The position numbers and the translations under genes were made by a program. A stretch of 64,000 nt of DNA from assembly GCA_021813145.1 (NCBI GenBank), contig JAKALS010000005.1, positions 8,022-72,021 of the forward strand, written 5' to 3'. Of this stretch, positions 37,956 to 49,403 are shown piece by piece (the first letter of the stretch is position 1; each line of letters starts with the position of its first letter). The notes beneath the pieces were generated by a model. The model was not told the origin of the DNA. It worked only from the letters and a program-made list of their open reading frames with translations, and did no database searches. Source of the DNA: a bacterium. Its GTDB lineage: Bacteria > Patescibacteriota > Microgenomatia > Levybacterales > UBA12049.

Positions 37956-39161
37956 ATGAAAAAATTGGAGAGTTTTTTAAAAAGCAATAAAAACTCTTTG
38001 CCCCTTTTTTTGGGAACTCTTTTGGTATACGCACTGTCAGGAAATGGAAAAGGAGCCTATTACAATTATTATGTACTTCTTTCTCAAGCGTTCCTCAGGG
38101 GAGATTTATATGTCAGCCAACACCCAGCTTGGCTTAATGAATTGGTGCTGTTTGGCGGACACTATTTTGTCGTATACCCACCAATGCCGGCAATACTTCT
38201 GATGCCGTTCGTCTTTATTTTCGGGTCTTCCTTTTCCCAGCCTTTACTATCCGCCATTTTGGGTGCTTTAAGTGTGACCGCTTCATATTTTGTTATTAAG
38301 AAATTATTTAAGAGAAAGACAGCTTTTTTTATGACCGCTCTTTATGCTTTCGGTACTATGGAATGGTTCCACGCCTCGGTGGGTTCCGCTTGGTATATAG
38401 GCCAGATAGCGGGAATGCTTTTTATTTGGCTTTCGCTTTTAGAACTATTGACTAAAAAGAGACTGTTTTTTGTGGGATTTTTTATTGGACTGGCCTACAC
38501 TTCAAGATTGCCTACAATCCTGGCCTTGGTTTTTGTCCTCTTATATTCTTTTGAGGATTTTATAATCTTAAATAAAAATAGAATAAGGTTAAATCTTAAA
38601 AATTGTTTTTTATTCGGATTGGGATTTTTGCCTGCTTTATTATTCGAGGCAATTTATAACTTTTTAAGATTCGGGGTCTTTTACGACGCAGGTTATTTTT
38701 TGCTTTATAGAGCAGCTGAATTTAATGAGCCTTGGTATAAATTCGGTTATTTCAGTATAAGATATATTCCGGTACATCTAAATGAAATTTTTACCGCCTT
38801 GCCCAAATTTATTCCAACTCCTCCATATGTTATTCCGTCTATTTTTGTTATGGCCCTTTGGTTTGTCACGCCTGCATTTTTAATTATTCCCTTCGCAGAT
38901 TACAAAAAAAGACTTGCGGTAACCTCTTTGGTTACTGTTTTAATTATGTCTTTGCCTGGACTTTTGCATGGAGGCAATGACTTTACTCAATTTGGGTACA
39001 GAAATTCTTTGGATTACCTTCCCTTTATGCTCTTTCTTGTGGCAAGCGCCTTCGAGAAAGAAAAGCTGCAAAAAATAGGGATTGTTCTTATTTTGTTAAG
39101 TATTATTGTTAATCTTTGGGGCGTTGTAATGATTAACTTCTTGAATATTTGGGTTATTTAA
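37956..39161 (+). CDS. GT-C fold membrane glycosyltransferase, third in a row
   Basis: Multi-TM protein with a PMT_2-like layout. Start taken at ATG 37956, after the upstream stop. Confidence 0.55.
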   Translation: MKKLESFLKSNKNSLPLFLGTLLVYALSGNGKGAYYNYYVLLSQAFLRGDLYVSQHPAWLNELVLFGGHYFVVYPPMPAILLMPFVFIFGSSFSQPLLSAILGALSVTASYFVIKKLFKRKTAFFMTALYAFGTMEWFHASVGSAWYIGQIAGMLFIWLSLLELLTKKRLFFVGFFIGLAYTSRLPTILALVFVLLYSFEDFIILNKNRIRLNLKNCFLFGLGFLPALLFEAIYNFLRFGVFYDAGYFLLYRAAEFNEPWYKFGYFSIRYIPVHLNEIFTALPKFIPTPPYVIPSIFVMALWFVTPAFLIIPFADYKKRLAVTSLVTVLIMSLPGLLHGGNDFTQFGYRNSLDYLPFMLFLVASAFEKEKLQKIGIVLILLSIIVNLWGVVMINFLNIWVI

Positions 39162-39166
39162 AGATT

Positions 39167-40636
39167 TTACAAGGCAAACAAAAGTGCGGCTCCGATAATG
39201 GTAATTACTCCTCCTAAGAGTCCCAGTCCCAAAATAGTGCCGTCGGGTCCCGGTGATTTACCTCCGGGAGCCAGGGCCGGGGCCGAAGGGCTTGGCACCG
39301 GAGTCGGCGTAACAACGGGAGCCGGCGTAGACGTAGCGCTTGGAGTCGCCGTCGGAGCGGGAGATAGGGTGGGTTCTACCGTAGGAACGGGCGTCGGGCT
39401 TTGGGTAGGCGAAGGCGTCGGGCTTTGGGTAGGAACGGGAGTAGGCGTTGATGTGGGCATAGGCGTTGCGGTAGGAGTAGATGTAGGAGGATTATTAACG
39501 GGATTAACCTGGCTTCCGGAAGCGTAGACCACAAAATTTTGGGTTACAGTTCTTAGTATCCCGTTTGCATCTACGGTAGTTATAGTTATCGTATGGTTTC
39601 CGGGAGAAAGCGGAGTCTGCGGCCTGAAAGACCAATAGCCGTTTCCGTCTGTTGTAACCTGCGCGGTTATTACATCGCTTGAGTGAATCTCTATTTTTAC
39701 GGTCTGGTTTGGCTGGCCTGTCCCTTCGAAAAGAGGCTGCTCGTCGGAAAATCCTTCATTTGTTTTGGGTGTTATTATTTTGGGAACACCGTATGAAACG
39801 GCGGGTTTGGGAGTCGGAAAACTTTCCTGGTTGCTTTGAAAAGTTGAAGAGCCCGAAGCCGAAGGCGGTGGGCTGGAAAGGGGGCCCTGGCTGCTTGAAA
39901 AATCATAATCGTTTGACAGGGTTACGGTCGGCACGGGATTTATCTGGTTAATGGATAGTGTTACATTCGATGTAAGGCCGTCTCCGTAAACAAGCATTTT
40001 AAGTGTTGAAATATTGGAAAAATCCAGATATGAAGAAAGGTCAGATGTCCTTACCGAATTTAAGGGTATCAGATAAGTTCCGTCCGGTTTTATAAGGGAC
40101 GAGATGACTTGTGCATTATCCGCGGTTATATATACTATAGCTTGCGAAGGAGGGTTTCCGTTTGGCATTATAACTTTTCCTATTATCGGTTTTTGGGCTG
40201 AAGGAGGAGAAGAAATAGGCGTTCCGGTAACGACCTGGAAAGGAAGGCCGTTATTCAGAAAAGTATTTTGACCGCTTGTTATCGAAAAATAGTATTTTGT
40301 TTGGGGACTTAAATTTCTCACGGTAATGCTGTGTATGCTGTAATTTGAAAGAGTGCCTGTCTGTTGGTCCCGGTCGTCAAGGGCGGTTTGCCCAAGCGTT
40401 GACGTGCTCCCGTAATTTAAAGAGCCTATTACGCTAGCATCGGTTGAATAAGAAACGGTAAAAGAGGAGTCCGTGATATTTGTTATTCTTACGTTTTGCG
40501 GGCTTGAAGAAGGTGAAGCATTGCCCACTACAATTACTCCTTTTTCTACCAAAAAGGAGGTGACTCCTATTCCCACAACAATTAAGAATACCCCCAAAAG
40601 AGTAGGTATTCTTTTATTCCAAATAGATTTATTCAT
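39167..40636 (-). CDS. cell-surface protein: signal anchor, FN3/Ig-like domains, PT-repeat linker, tail-less C-terminal TM
   Basis: …[10 protein letters not shown]…YYFSIT (FN3-like), a (P[TS])n linker ([14 protein letters not shown]), and a terminal [16 protein letters not shown]. Confidence 0.6.
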   Translation of the reverse strand: MNKSIWNKRIPTLLGVFLIVVGIGVTSFLVEKGVIVVGNASPSSSPQNVRITNITDSSFTVSYSTDASVIGSLNYGSTSTLGQTALDDRDQQTGTLSNYSIHSITVRNLSPQTKYYFSITSGQNTFLNNGLPFQVVTGTPISSPPSAQKPIIGKVIMPNGNPPSQAIVYITADNAQVISSLIKPDGTYLIPLNSVRTSDLSSYLDFSNISTLKMLVYGDGLTSNVTLSINQINPVPTVTLSNDYDFSSSQGPLSSPPPSASGSSTFQSNQESFPTPKPAVSYGVPKIITPKTNEGFSDEQPLFEGTGQPNQTVKIEIHSSDVITAQVTTDGNGYWSFRPQTPLSPGNHTITITTVDANGILRTVTQNFVVYASGSQVNPVNNPPTSTPTATPMPTSTPTPVPTQSPTPSPTQSPTPVPTVEPTLSPAPTATPSATSTPAPVVTPTPVPSPSAPALAPGGKSPGPDGTILGLGLLGGVITIIGAALLFAL

Positions 40637-40968
40637 GGCACTAACGTTCCACCGGCAGAGCTTTGAGGGCTATTCGCCGGTGCGCCCAATGGAAGAGCGG
40701 ATTGCGAAGAAGCGGGCGGTGCCGAGACAAATGGGGTAGGGGAAGGGCTCTGGGCGGTTTGTAGCTCGTAAATCGGATTCACTTGGGTTCTTTGTTTAAG
40801 CTGGGATATAGTAGCAGTATCAAAATTAGGGTTGATTGGCGCGATCTGAAGATTCAATAACGGGGGTATGGTAGATGAAACAGAGCTATGATAAATACTG
40901 AAAGCTATCCAGGCTATTATCAGAAGGAAAGAGGGGACAATTATTATCAAGATATCCTTTTGTTTCAT
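40633..40968 (-). CDS. small membrane-anchored Pro/Ser-rich protein
   Basis: 111 aa, in an operon position between the PilO-like gene and the surface protein. Confidence 0.35.
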   Translation of the reverse strand: MKQKDILIIIVPSFLLIIAWIAFSIYHSSVSSTIPPLLNLQIAPINPNFDTATISQLKQRTQVNPIYELQTAQSPSPTPFVSAPPASSQSALPLGAPANSPQSSAGGTLVP

Positions 40969-40970
40969 AT

Positions 40971-41597
40971 TTATTGTTTATAATAAGCTGTTCCTTTAAT
41001 ATTTACAATCATGGCCGGACCTCCCGAGGATGTATTTTTGGCAATAGAGACGGTATTTAAAGAAATAATTCTTTGCATACTCAAAAGCCCCTGTGTAAAT
41101 TTGTTGATATTTTCGTAAGAGCCGCCGGCTGAAAGGCTGAACGTATAAGAATAACTGTCTTTTGCCGTTATGGAAGGGTCGGGGACTTGTGCTTCAAAAG
41201 TCTGGAGCCCGTTCAAACTGACTCCAGAATTTTGTGCCACTGCCTGGATTTGCGCTACTAAAATTGCGGATTCCGGAGTTTTTGGCACGGCGTTATAAAC
41301 GTAGGATAAATCGGGGGTAATCTGTGCATATTTCTGTTGGAGGGTATAAAGATTGTTAATTTTTGTCTGTAGCTGCTGGTCCACGTACATATCGTCGGAG
41401 AGTTGTTTGTTTAAATTAGCGATTGTCGATATCGTGGGGCTGATCGCAAATAGTCCGAAAAAAGACAATGCGGCAATTGTAAGGACCAAAGTCGTAAACT
41501 TCTGTGTTCTTTCTTCTTTAAAATCCGGAAGCATTTCCAGATATTTATTTTTTTGAATGTCTTTAAAAACGTTACTGCCCCGTACTTGCATATACAT
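40971..41597 (-). CDS. PilO-like type IV pilus assembly protein
   Basis: Short cytoplasmic N-terminus, one TM helix, then a coiled-coil periplasmic domain. Alternative start at 41534. Confidence 0.45.
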   Translation of the reverse strand: MYMQVRGSNVFKDIQKNKYLEMLPDFKEERTQKFTTLVLTIAALSFFGLFAISPTISTIANLNKQLSDDMYVDQQLQTKINNLYTLQQKYAQITPDLSYVYNAVPKTPESAILVAQIQAVAQNSGVSLNGLQTFEAQVPDPSITAKDSYSYTFSLSAGGSYENINKFTQGLLSMQRIISLNTVSIAKNTSSGGPAMIVNIKGTAYYKQ

Positions 41598-42135
41598 AAG
41601 CCGGTTTAAGATCGGCTGTTATATTTATACTTATCATGGCGCTTGAAGGCTTATTTTCTATTTTGTCTATGCTTATTGTGTCTATTGCCGGATAATTTTT
41701 TAAGGCATCTACAAAATCGGAGAGGGTAGAAATGGAATTTACATTAGCGTCTATTGTTATTCTGTCTTCAAAAAGGTTAAGGCTATTAAATGCTATCCCT
41801 TTGGGCGTAAGGGTAACGATATCGTTAATAATCTTCAGTCTTTGAGATGCAAGGCTGGAATTGGTTGATATAAGAGTAAGCCGTCCCTGCAAATTTCTAT
41901 ACTGCGCCTCGTTGTTTTTAAGATAATTCACTATTGCCTGTTCCTGGGTTATTTTTGAATGAAGGTCTATAAGTTTTCTGTCGAGGGAAAAACGGTAAAT
42001 AAAAGCACTCAGGGCTACGACCTCTGTTATTATTACCAAAAGTCTGCCTATTGTCAGCGCCCAACCCACGAATCTGTCTACAAAAGGAGTTTCTCTTTTA
42101 AGAAGATTTATGGAGTCCGGCCTTTTTTGCAGCAT
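41572..42135 (-). CDS. PilN-like type IV pilus assembly protein
   Basis: N-terminal SINLLKRE (the INLLP signature of PilN), one TM helix, and a periplasmic domain. Confidence 0.55.
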   Translation of the reverse strand: MLQKRPDSINLLKRETPFVDRFVGWALTIGRLLVIITEVVALSAFIYRFSLDRKLIDLHSKITQEQAIVNYLKNNEAQYRNLQGRLTLISTNSSLASQRLKIINDIVTLTPKGIAFNSLNLFEDRITIDANVNSISTLSDFVDALKNYPAIDTISIDKIENKPSSAMISINITADLKPAYVYASTGQ

Positions 42136-42188
42136 AAGTTTAGTCTAGGGTTTTTTTGATACTTTGTCAAAGATTTCGAGGGGAAAAT

Positions 42189-42494
42189 TTACTTTTTTGC
42201 TTTAGGTTTTTTCGGGGCCGTTTTAGACGTTTTTGCCGGTGTTTTTACGACCGTTTTTTTACCTTTTAAAAGTTTTGCTAGTTTTGATTTTAGCCTGTTT
42301 GCTTTATTTTCGTGGATTAGTCTGTTCTTCGCGGTTTTATCTATCATTTTTACGGCTTTTTTTATGTTTGCTTCGGTCGGAGATTTTTCGGCGAGTTTTA
42401 AAGTCTTCCTAAAAAGAATTTTAGCGGCTTTGTTGGCCGCTTCTCTTTTCCTGTCTTTCCTTAACTTTTTCTTAGCCGATTTTATTACTGGCAT
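42189..42494 (-). CDS. rpsT: 30S ribosomal protein S20 with a Lys/Ala/Pro-rich C-terminal extension
   Basis: MPVIKSAKKKLRKDRKREAANKA...HENKANRLKSKLAKL matches bS20. Extra tail TPAKTSKTAPKKPKAKK. Confidence 0.75.
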   Translation of the reverse strand: MPVIKSAKKKLRKDRKREAANKAAKILFRKTLKLAEKSPTEANIKKAVKMIDKTAKNRLIHENKANRLKSKLAKLLKGKKTVVKTPAKTSKTAPKKPKAKK

Positions 42495-42536
42495 GGGCAT
42501 ATTTTATCATGTTATACTTATAAACACAACAGATTT

Positions 42537-44195
42537 ATGCCTAGGGATTTTTTAAAGAGAAGTCTTGGTCTGCTACTTCGACAACAAAATAACATAATTT
42601 CGGCCGCTTTTGTCATAATGGCGACAATTATTTTTTCCCAGGTTTTGGGACTTGTCAGACAAAGGCTTCTTGTGGGAATATTCGGAGCGTCAAATACCCT
42701 AGGGGTCTATCTTGCTTCGACAAGGATGCCCGATTTCCTTTTTCAGATTATAATAGCGGGAGCCCTCTCCTCGGCTTTTATTCCCGTTTTTTCCGAGTAT
42801 CTGGGTAAAGGTAAAAATGAGGAAGCCCATAAGCTGGGGTCAACCTTACTTTTGGTGGCCCTTGCAATTTTTACCGCATTTTCCCTGGTGCTTTTCATAT
42901 TCGCAAACGACTTTTCAAAAATGCTTGCCCCGGGATTTTCCGCAAAGCAAATAGAGCTTATGGCGAATCTTACAAGAGTAATAATATTCGGAGAAATTCT
43001 TTTTATTTTAGGAAGTTTTCTTTCCGCGATTCTCCAGTCTTATAACCATTTTTTTATTCCCGGAATAGCGGCAGCTATGTTTAACCTCGGAATAATTATC
43101 GGGATTGTTATTCTTTCTCCTTTTGTCGGAATCTTTTCCGCAGCCTGGGGAGTCGTTATCGGAGCATTCATATTCGTGATTGTCCAACTGCCTCTTATGA
43201 AAAACGTTGGTTTTTCTTTTAAGCCTACATTTTCCTTAAAAACAGGAGGAGTTATGGAGGTATTAAAGCTCATGTGGCCAAGAACTATTTCTATCGCAAT
43301 TTTTCAGGTAGGTACCCTTATAACCGTAACTCTGGTTTCTTTTCTTCCCAATCCCGGCAGAAATTATGTAATTTTCGATTACGCCCAGACACTTGCTTTT
43401 GCCCCCGTAGCACTTTTTGGCCAGGCAATAGCTCAAGCATCCTTTCCGGTTCTCTCCAAGGAAAGGGAAAAACTTTCCGATTTTAAAACAACTTTTATAA
43501 CAAGCTTTAACCAGATGCTTTACCTTGTTCTTCCTATTTCGGCTCTTCTTTTGGTATTAAGGATCCCCGTAGTAAGGCTCATATACGGGGCTTCGCAATT
43601 CGACTGGGCAGCTACCGTTTTAACCGGAAGGACTCTCGCGTTTTTCAGCATCTCCATTTTCGCCCAGGCTCTTGTCTATCTTGTGTCAAGGGGTTTTTAC
43701 GCCCTTCACGATACGAAAACACCACTTACCGTCGGAGCTCTGACGACAGGACTTATGCTTTTGATTGGCGCTCTTTTTATTTTTATTTATCATTACGGAA
43801 TAGAAAGTATCGCCGTTGCCTATTCCATAGGCAGTATTTTAAATATTATTATCCTGTTTTTGTTTTTGGACAGAAAGGTCGGAGGTTTTGACAAAAAACC
43901 TCTTCTTATATCACTTTCAAAAATAACCATAGCGACCGTATTTACGGGTTTTGCCCTGTATATTCCCATAAAGCTTTTGGACCAGCTGGTTTTTGACACG
44001 ACGAAAACAGTAAATCTCATTTTGCTTACGGGAATATCCAGTTCTGCAGGGCTTTTGCTTTATCTTTTTCTCACGTGGTTTTTTAACGTCGAAGAAGCAA
44101 AAACTTTTATACTGATGTTCAAAAAACTGGGGGACTGGAGACAGATTCTTATGGGAAGCGAAGAGATAATAGACGGAAAACCCTTCAACCCTTAA
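42537..44195 (+). CDS. murJ: lipid II flippase MurJ (MviN)
   Basis: 14-TM MOP-superfamily profile with a MurJ-type N-terminus (…RQRLLVGIFGAS…). Confidence 0.85.
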   Translation: MPRDFLKRSLGLLLRQQNNIISAAFVIMATIIFSQVLGLVRQRLLVGIFGASNTLGVYLASTRMPDFLFQIIIAGALSSAFIPVFSEYLGKGKNEEAHKLGSTLLLVALAIFTAFSLVLFIFANDFSKMLAPGFSAKQIELMANLTRVIIFGEILFILGSFLSAILQSYNHFFIPGIAAAMFNLGIIIGIVILSPFVGIFSAAWGVVIGAFIFVIVQLPLMKNVGFSFKPTFSLKTGGVMEVLKLMWPRTISIAIFQVGTLITVTLVSFLPNPGRNYVIFDYAQTLAFAPVALFGQAIAQASFPVLSKEREKLSDFKTTFITSFNQMLYLVLPISALLLVLRIPVVRLIYGASQFDWAATVLTGRTLAFFSISIFAQALVYLVSRGFYALHDTKTPLTVGALTTGLMLLIGALFIFIYHYGIESIAVAYSIGSILNIIILFLFLDRKVGGFDKKPLLISLSKITIATVFTGFALYIPIKLLDQLVFDTTKTVNLILLTGISSSAGLLLYLFLTWFFNVEEAKTFILMFKKLGDWRQILMGSEEIIDGKPFNP

Positions 44196-44219
44196 TCTGG
44201 TATAATTCCCCCTAAGGCT

Positions 44220-45974
44220 ATGGAACAAAAATTTATAAGAAATTTCGCAATAATTGCGCACATAGATCACGGTAAATCCACCCTTGCCGACAGACTTTTA
44301 GAATTAACGAATACCGTTTCAAAAGATAAATTAAAAGAGCAGTTTTTGGATCAGAATCCTATTTCGAGAGAGAGGGGAATAACCATTAAGTTAGCCCCGG
44401 TGAGAATGGAATATGCGTATGGAAATCCAAAATCAAAGTACATCTTAAACCTGATAGATACACCCGGACATATTGATTTTTCCTATGAAGTTTCAAGAAC
44501 CCTTGCGGCATGCGAAGGAGCTTTGCTTCTTGTGGACGCTACACAGGGCATACAGGCACAGACGGTGGCGCATTTCAGGGTCGCGCAAAAACAGGGTCTT
44601 TGTGTAATTCCTGTGATTAATAAAATAGATTTACCAACGGCAAGAACAGAAGAAACTGCAAAAGAAATCTGCGAAATGTTCGGGTTCAAAGAAGAAGAAA
44701 TTTATTATATTTCGGCAAAAACCGGAGAAAACGTCGATAGGCTCCTTCCTGCAATTATAGAAAAACTTCCTTCTCCAAAAGGTAATTTGCATTTTCCGTT
44801 AAGAGCCCTCATTTTTGACGCCGAATACGACGAGCACCGGGGAGTTGTTGCTTTTGTAAGAATAGTGGACGGGCAAATCGAAAGACACGGGAAAATAGAA
44901 TTTCTGCAAAACGGGGTAAAAACAGAGGCTTCGGAAATCGGAACCTTTTCCCCTTTCTTAGTCCCGAAAGACGCATTGCAGGCGGGAGAAATAGGCTATG
45001 TGATTACCGGCATAAAAGACATAAGGAAAGTAAGGGTAGGAGACACCATAACGGAAATTTCAAATTTCAAATCACAAACCGCAAATATAGAAGCTTTGGA
45101 GGGATACGAGACTCCAAAACCCATGGTGTTTTTCGGGGTATATCCGAGGAGCACGAACGACCTGGTAAAACTAAAGGAGGCAATAAATAAACTGGCATTA
45201 AACGACGCTTCTTTAAGTATCGCAAACGAGTATTCGATATTTTTAGGAAGCGGGTTTCGGATCGGCTTTCTCGGTCTTTTACACGCGGAAATCTTTAAAG
45301 AAAGATTAAAACAGGAAGAAAATATAGAGCCCATTCTTACCATGCCCCACGTACTTTACGAAAAAAGGGAAGACGGGGGAATGTACGAGCCTTATATGTT
45401 CCTTACGATATTTACTCCCTCCGCATACGTTGGGCCGGTTTTGACCGTTGCCCAGAGAAAAAAAGGTTCCCTTTTGGACATGACATACTACAAAGACAAC
45501 GCGGTTTTAAAATACGAAATGCCCTACAGTATGTTTATAAGGAATCTTTCTTCGGAGATTAAAACCGTTTCTTCGGGTTTTGCCAGTATCGACTACGAAC
45601 TTTCGGATTATAAAGAGGCAGATCTTGTTAACCTTGAAATAACGATAAACGAAACGGAAATAGATGTTTTATCTGAGCTTGTTTACAAAGACGAAGCGGA
45701 TTTTCTTGCAAGGGAAAAGACGGAAAGATTAAAGGAGCTTTTGCCGAGAAAACAAATAAAACAGGTAATTCAGGCAAGGGTAGGGGGAAAAATTCTTGCA
45801 AGGTCGGAGGTGCCTGCTTTTAGAAAAGACGTTCTGGCAAAAATGTCGGGAGGCGACAGGACCAGAAAAGACAAGCTTTTGGAAGCGCAAAAAAAGGGCA
45901 AAAACAGAATGTTTACCACTTCAAAAATAGATATTCCCCAAGAGGCCCTTCTTCCCCTTATTACCGGAAAATAA
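44220..45974 (+). CDS. lepA: elongation factor 4
   Basis: IIAHIDHGKSTLADRLL G1 motif, DTPGHIDF, NKID, and the LepA C-terminal domain. Confidence 0.95.
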   Translation: MEQKFIRNFAIIAHIDHGKSTLADRLLELTNTVSKDKLKEQFLDQNPISRERGITIKLAPVRMEYAYGNPKSKYILNLIDTPGHIDFSYEVSRTLAACEGALLLVDATQGIQAQTVAHFRVAQKQGLCVIPVINKIDLPTARTEETAKEICEMFGFKEEEIYYISAKTGENVDRLLPAIIEKLPSPKGNLHFPLRALIFDAEYDEHRGVVAFVRIVDGQIERHGKIEFLQNGVKTEASEIGTFSPFLVPKDALQAGEIGYVITGIKDIRKVRVGDTITEISNFKSQTANIEALEGYETPKPMVFFGVYPRSTNDLVKLKEAINKLALNDASLSIANEYSIFLGSGFRIGFLGLLHAEIFKERLKQEENIEPILTMPHVLYEKREDGGMYEPYMFLTIFTPSAYVGPVLTVAQRKKGSLLDMTYYKDNAVLKYEMPYSMFIRNLSSEIKTVSSGFASIDYELSDYKEADLVNLEITINETEIDVLSELVYKDEADFLAREKTERLKELLPRKQIKQVIQARVGGKILARSEVPAFRKDVLAKMSGGDRTRKDKLLEAQKKGKNRMFTTSKIDIPQEALLPLITGK

Positions 45975-46042
45975 GTATTCAGGATTTCAAGAAATCAAAA
46001 TCAAAAATATCGGGAAAATCTTATATCCGAAAATCCGAAAAA

Positions 46043-47251
46043 TTAGAGTGCGAAGAAAAGAAGTATTCCTGCTACCGAGATTATTGTTCCTATTATGCCG
46101 GCAGCCATTATTTTGTCACTGGGTCCTGTTGCCGGAAGAGTTTTTCCGGGCGTAGGCGTAGCCTGGGCCAACAATGTAGGAACGGGAGTTGCGTTTATTG
46201 TTATCGTCTGCGTGCATGTGGAAGTATCACTTACATTGCCAATATTATCCGTAAGCTGCGCGGTCGCCGTAAAGGTTCCCGAACTGTTGTATGTATGGGA
46301 AGCCTGAACGCTTACAGAACTGCTGCCTATCCCGCCGGTAGAGGTAATATCCTGTGTGGCGCTGTCTCCGTAGTTGAATGTTACTTTATTTATTGTATTA
46401 GCCGAAGAAGTTCCGGTTGCGGTGAAAGTTAATGTATAGGGGGCAGTTCCCGTCGCAGGGCCCGAAAGTGTAAGGCTTTGGCAAACTGGAGCCTGTCCAT
46501 TAACTGTGGGAGTAGGAGTTGGGCTCTCAGTTGGAATTGGCGTAGCCGTAGGCGCGGGGGTAGGCGTGGGTGTGGGAGTAGGGGTAGGAGTAGGGGTGGG
46601 TGTGGGAGTAGGTGTAGGAGTAGGGGTAGGCGTCGGACTTGCGGAAGGAGTAGCCCCCTGGTTGATTGTTATATTTGCCGGGCTGACTGTCGAGAGGACA
46701 TTTTCGTTAAACTGGTCGGTCGAAGCAATCGAGAGAACTTGTGTCTGAGACGTAAAAGTTACCTGTGTGGGAGCCGCATCCGTCGGGGCAATTGCCTGAA
46801 ATGCGATAGTCCCTATTTTTGTGGTCGTTTGTACTATATTCTGGGGGCTTCCTCCTATTGAAAGGGTAACGGATACCGTTCCCGGTCCGTATACCGGACC
46901 TTGAAGCACCGACGGAAAGGCTACTACATTAGGACACAAAGCATCGTCGGGTTTTGCTGGACATACGGCTGGACCCGCAGCCGCTGTAGCCAATTTTGTC
47001 GGGTCGTAATTTATTACCATTTTTACAAAAGACACCTGATTTGAACCCGGATTCATCATAATGTCGAGGTTGACAGGATCTCCCACGTTTACGGTTGTTG
47101 CCTGCGGATTGAAGCCCAAGGTTGTAGACTTTTGTGCGCTGGATTGGGTTTTCTGCTGTTGTTGCACAAGATAAACAGTCAGGGGAATAATAACAAGCAG
47201 GACTGCAATAAATCCGAATAACAGCAATTTTTTGCCCGATGGTAAGGACAT
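46043..47251 (-). CDS. cell-surface protein with (PT)n linker and C-terminal LPATG plus hydrophobic anchor (sortase-substrate-like, no basic tail)
   Basis: (PTPT)x12 linker and a terminal [19 protein letters not shown]. Confidence 0.6.
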   Translation of the reverse strand: MSLPSGKKLLLFGFIAVLLVIIPLTVYLVQQQQKTQSSAQKSTTLGFNPQATTVNVGDPVNLDIMMNPGSNQVSFVKMVINYDPTKLATAAAGPAVCPAKPDDALCPNVVAFPSVLQGPVYGPGTVSVTLSIGGSPQNIVQTTTKIGTIAFQAIAPTDAAPTQVTFTSQTQVLSIASTDQFNENVLSTVSPANITINQGATPSASPTPTPTPTPTPTPTPTPTPTPTPTPTPAPTATPIPTESPTPTPTVNGQAPVCQSLTLSGPATGTAPYTLTFTATGTSSANTINKVTFNYGDSATQDITSTGGIGSSSVSVQASHTYNSSGTFTATAQLTDNIGNVSDTSTCTQTITINATPVPTLLAQATPTPGKTLPATGPSDKIMAAGIIGTIISVAGILLFFAL

Positions 47252-47319
47252 AATTATGTTCTAAATTTATGGTATAGAAGAAAACCTCTAGTGTCAAGTC
47301 TTGGCAGCAAATTTGCATA

Positions 47320-47376
47320 TTGACAAAAAATCCAAGTATGTTGTATAAATAAGCAGTCACTTACAACGAGTGATAT
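47320..47376 (+). promoter_or_regulatory. groES promoter (TTGACA 47320-47325, N18, TATAAA 47344-47349) followed by a CIRCE-like operator TAAGCAGTC-N9-GAGTGATAT (47350-47376)
   Basis: 14 of 18 matches to the CIRCE consensus TTAGCACTC-N9-GAGTGCTAA, with the correct 9-nt spacer. Located between the -10 and the groES ATG. Confidence 0.5.
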
Positions 47377-47379
47377 TTT

Positions 47380-47685
47380 TTGACTATGACTGCAAAAGCA
47401 AACATAAAACCTCTTTTTAATAATGTGCTTATAAAACCGGTCGAAGCGCAAGAAAAGACCGAAAGCGGAATAATTTTGCCCGAAACCGCAAAAGAAAAAC
47501 CCCAGATAGGCGAAGTTATGGCTGTAGGTCCGGGGGATATAACGCCAAAGGGAGAACAGGTAAAAATGGTAATCAGGGTCGGACAGAAGGTTATGTATAA
47601 AAAATGGGGAGGAAACGAAGTAAAAGTGGGAAACGAAGAGTGGACAATAGTTGACCAGAAAGACATTCTGGCAGTATTGGAATAA
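47380..47685 (+). CDS. groES: co-chaperonin GroES
   Basis: IKPLFNNVLIKP...GIILPETAKEKPQIGEVMAVGPG is the GroES mobile-loop signature. Confidence 0.9.
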   Translation: MTMTAKANIKPLFNNVLIKPVEAQEKTESGIILPETAKEKPQIGEVMAVGPGDITPKGEQVKMVIRVGQKVMYKKWGGNEVKVGNEEWTIVDQKDILAVLE

Positions 47686-49344
<1,659 letters not shown>

Positions 49345-49403
49345 CCTCATTTAATTGATTGTCAAATCGTTCGTTTCTTGCTATATTATTGGGGTATTTT
49401 TAA

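Noticed and set aside
46478-46861. Plus-strand RGG/CG-rich and (GV)n ORFs overlapping the PT-repeat surface gene
   Set aside because: They are frame-shifted or antisense readings of the (ACnCCn) PT-repeat DNA. That the minus-strand gene is real is supported by its signal anchor, domains and C-terminal anchor.
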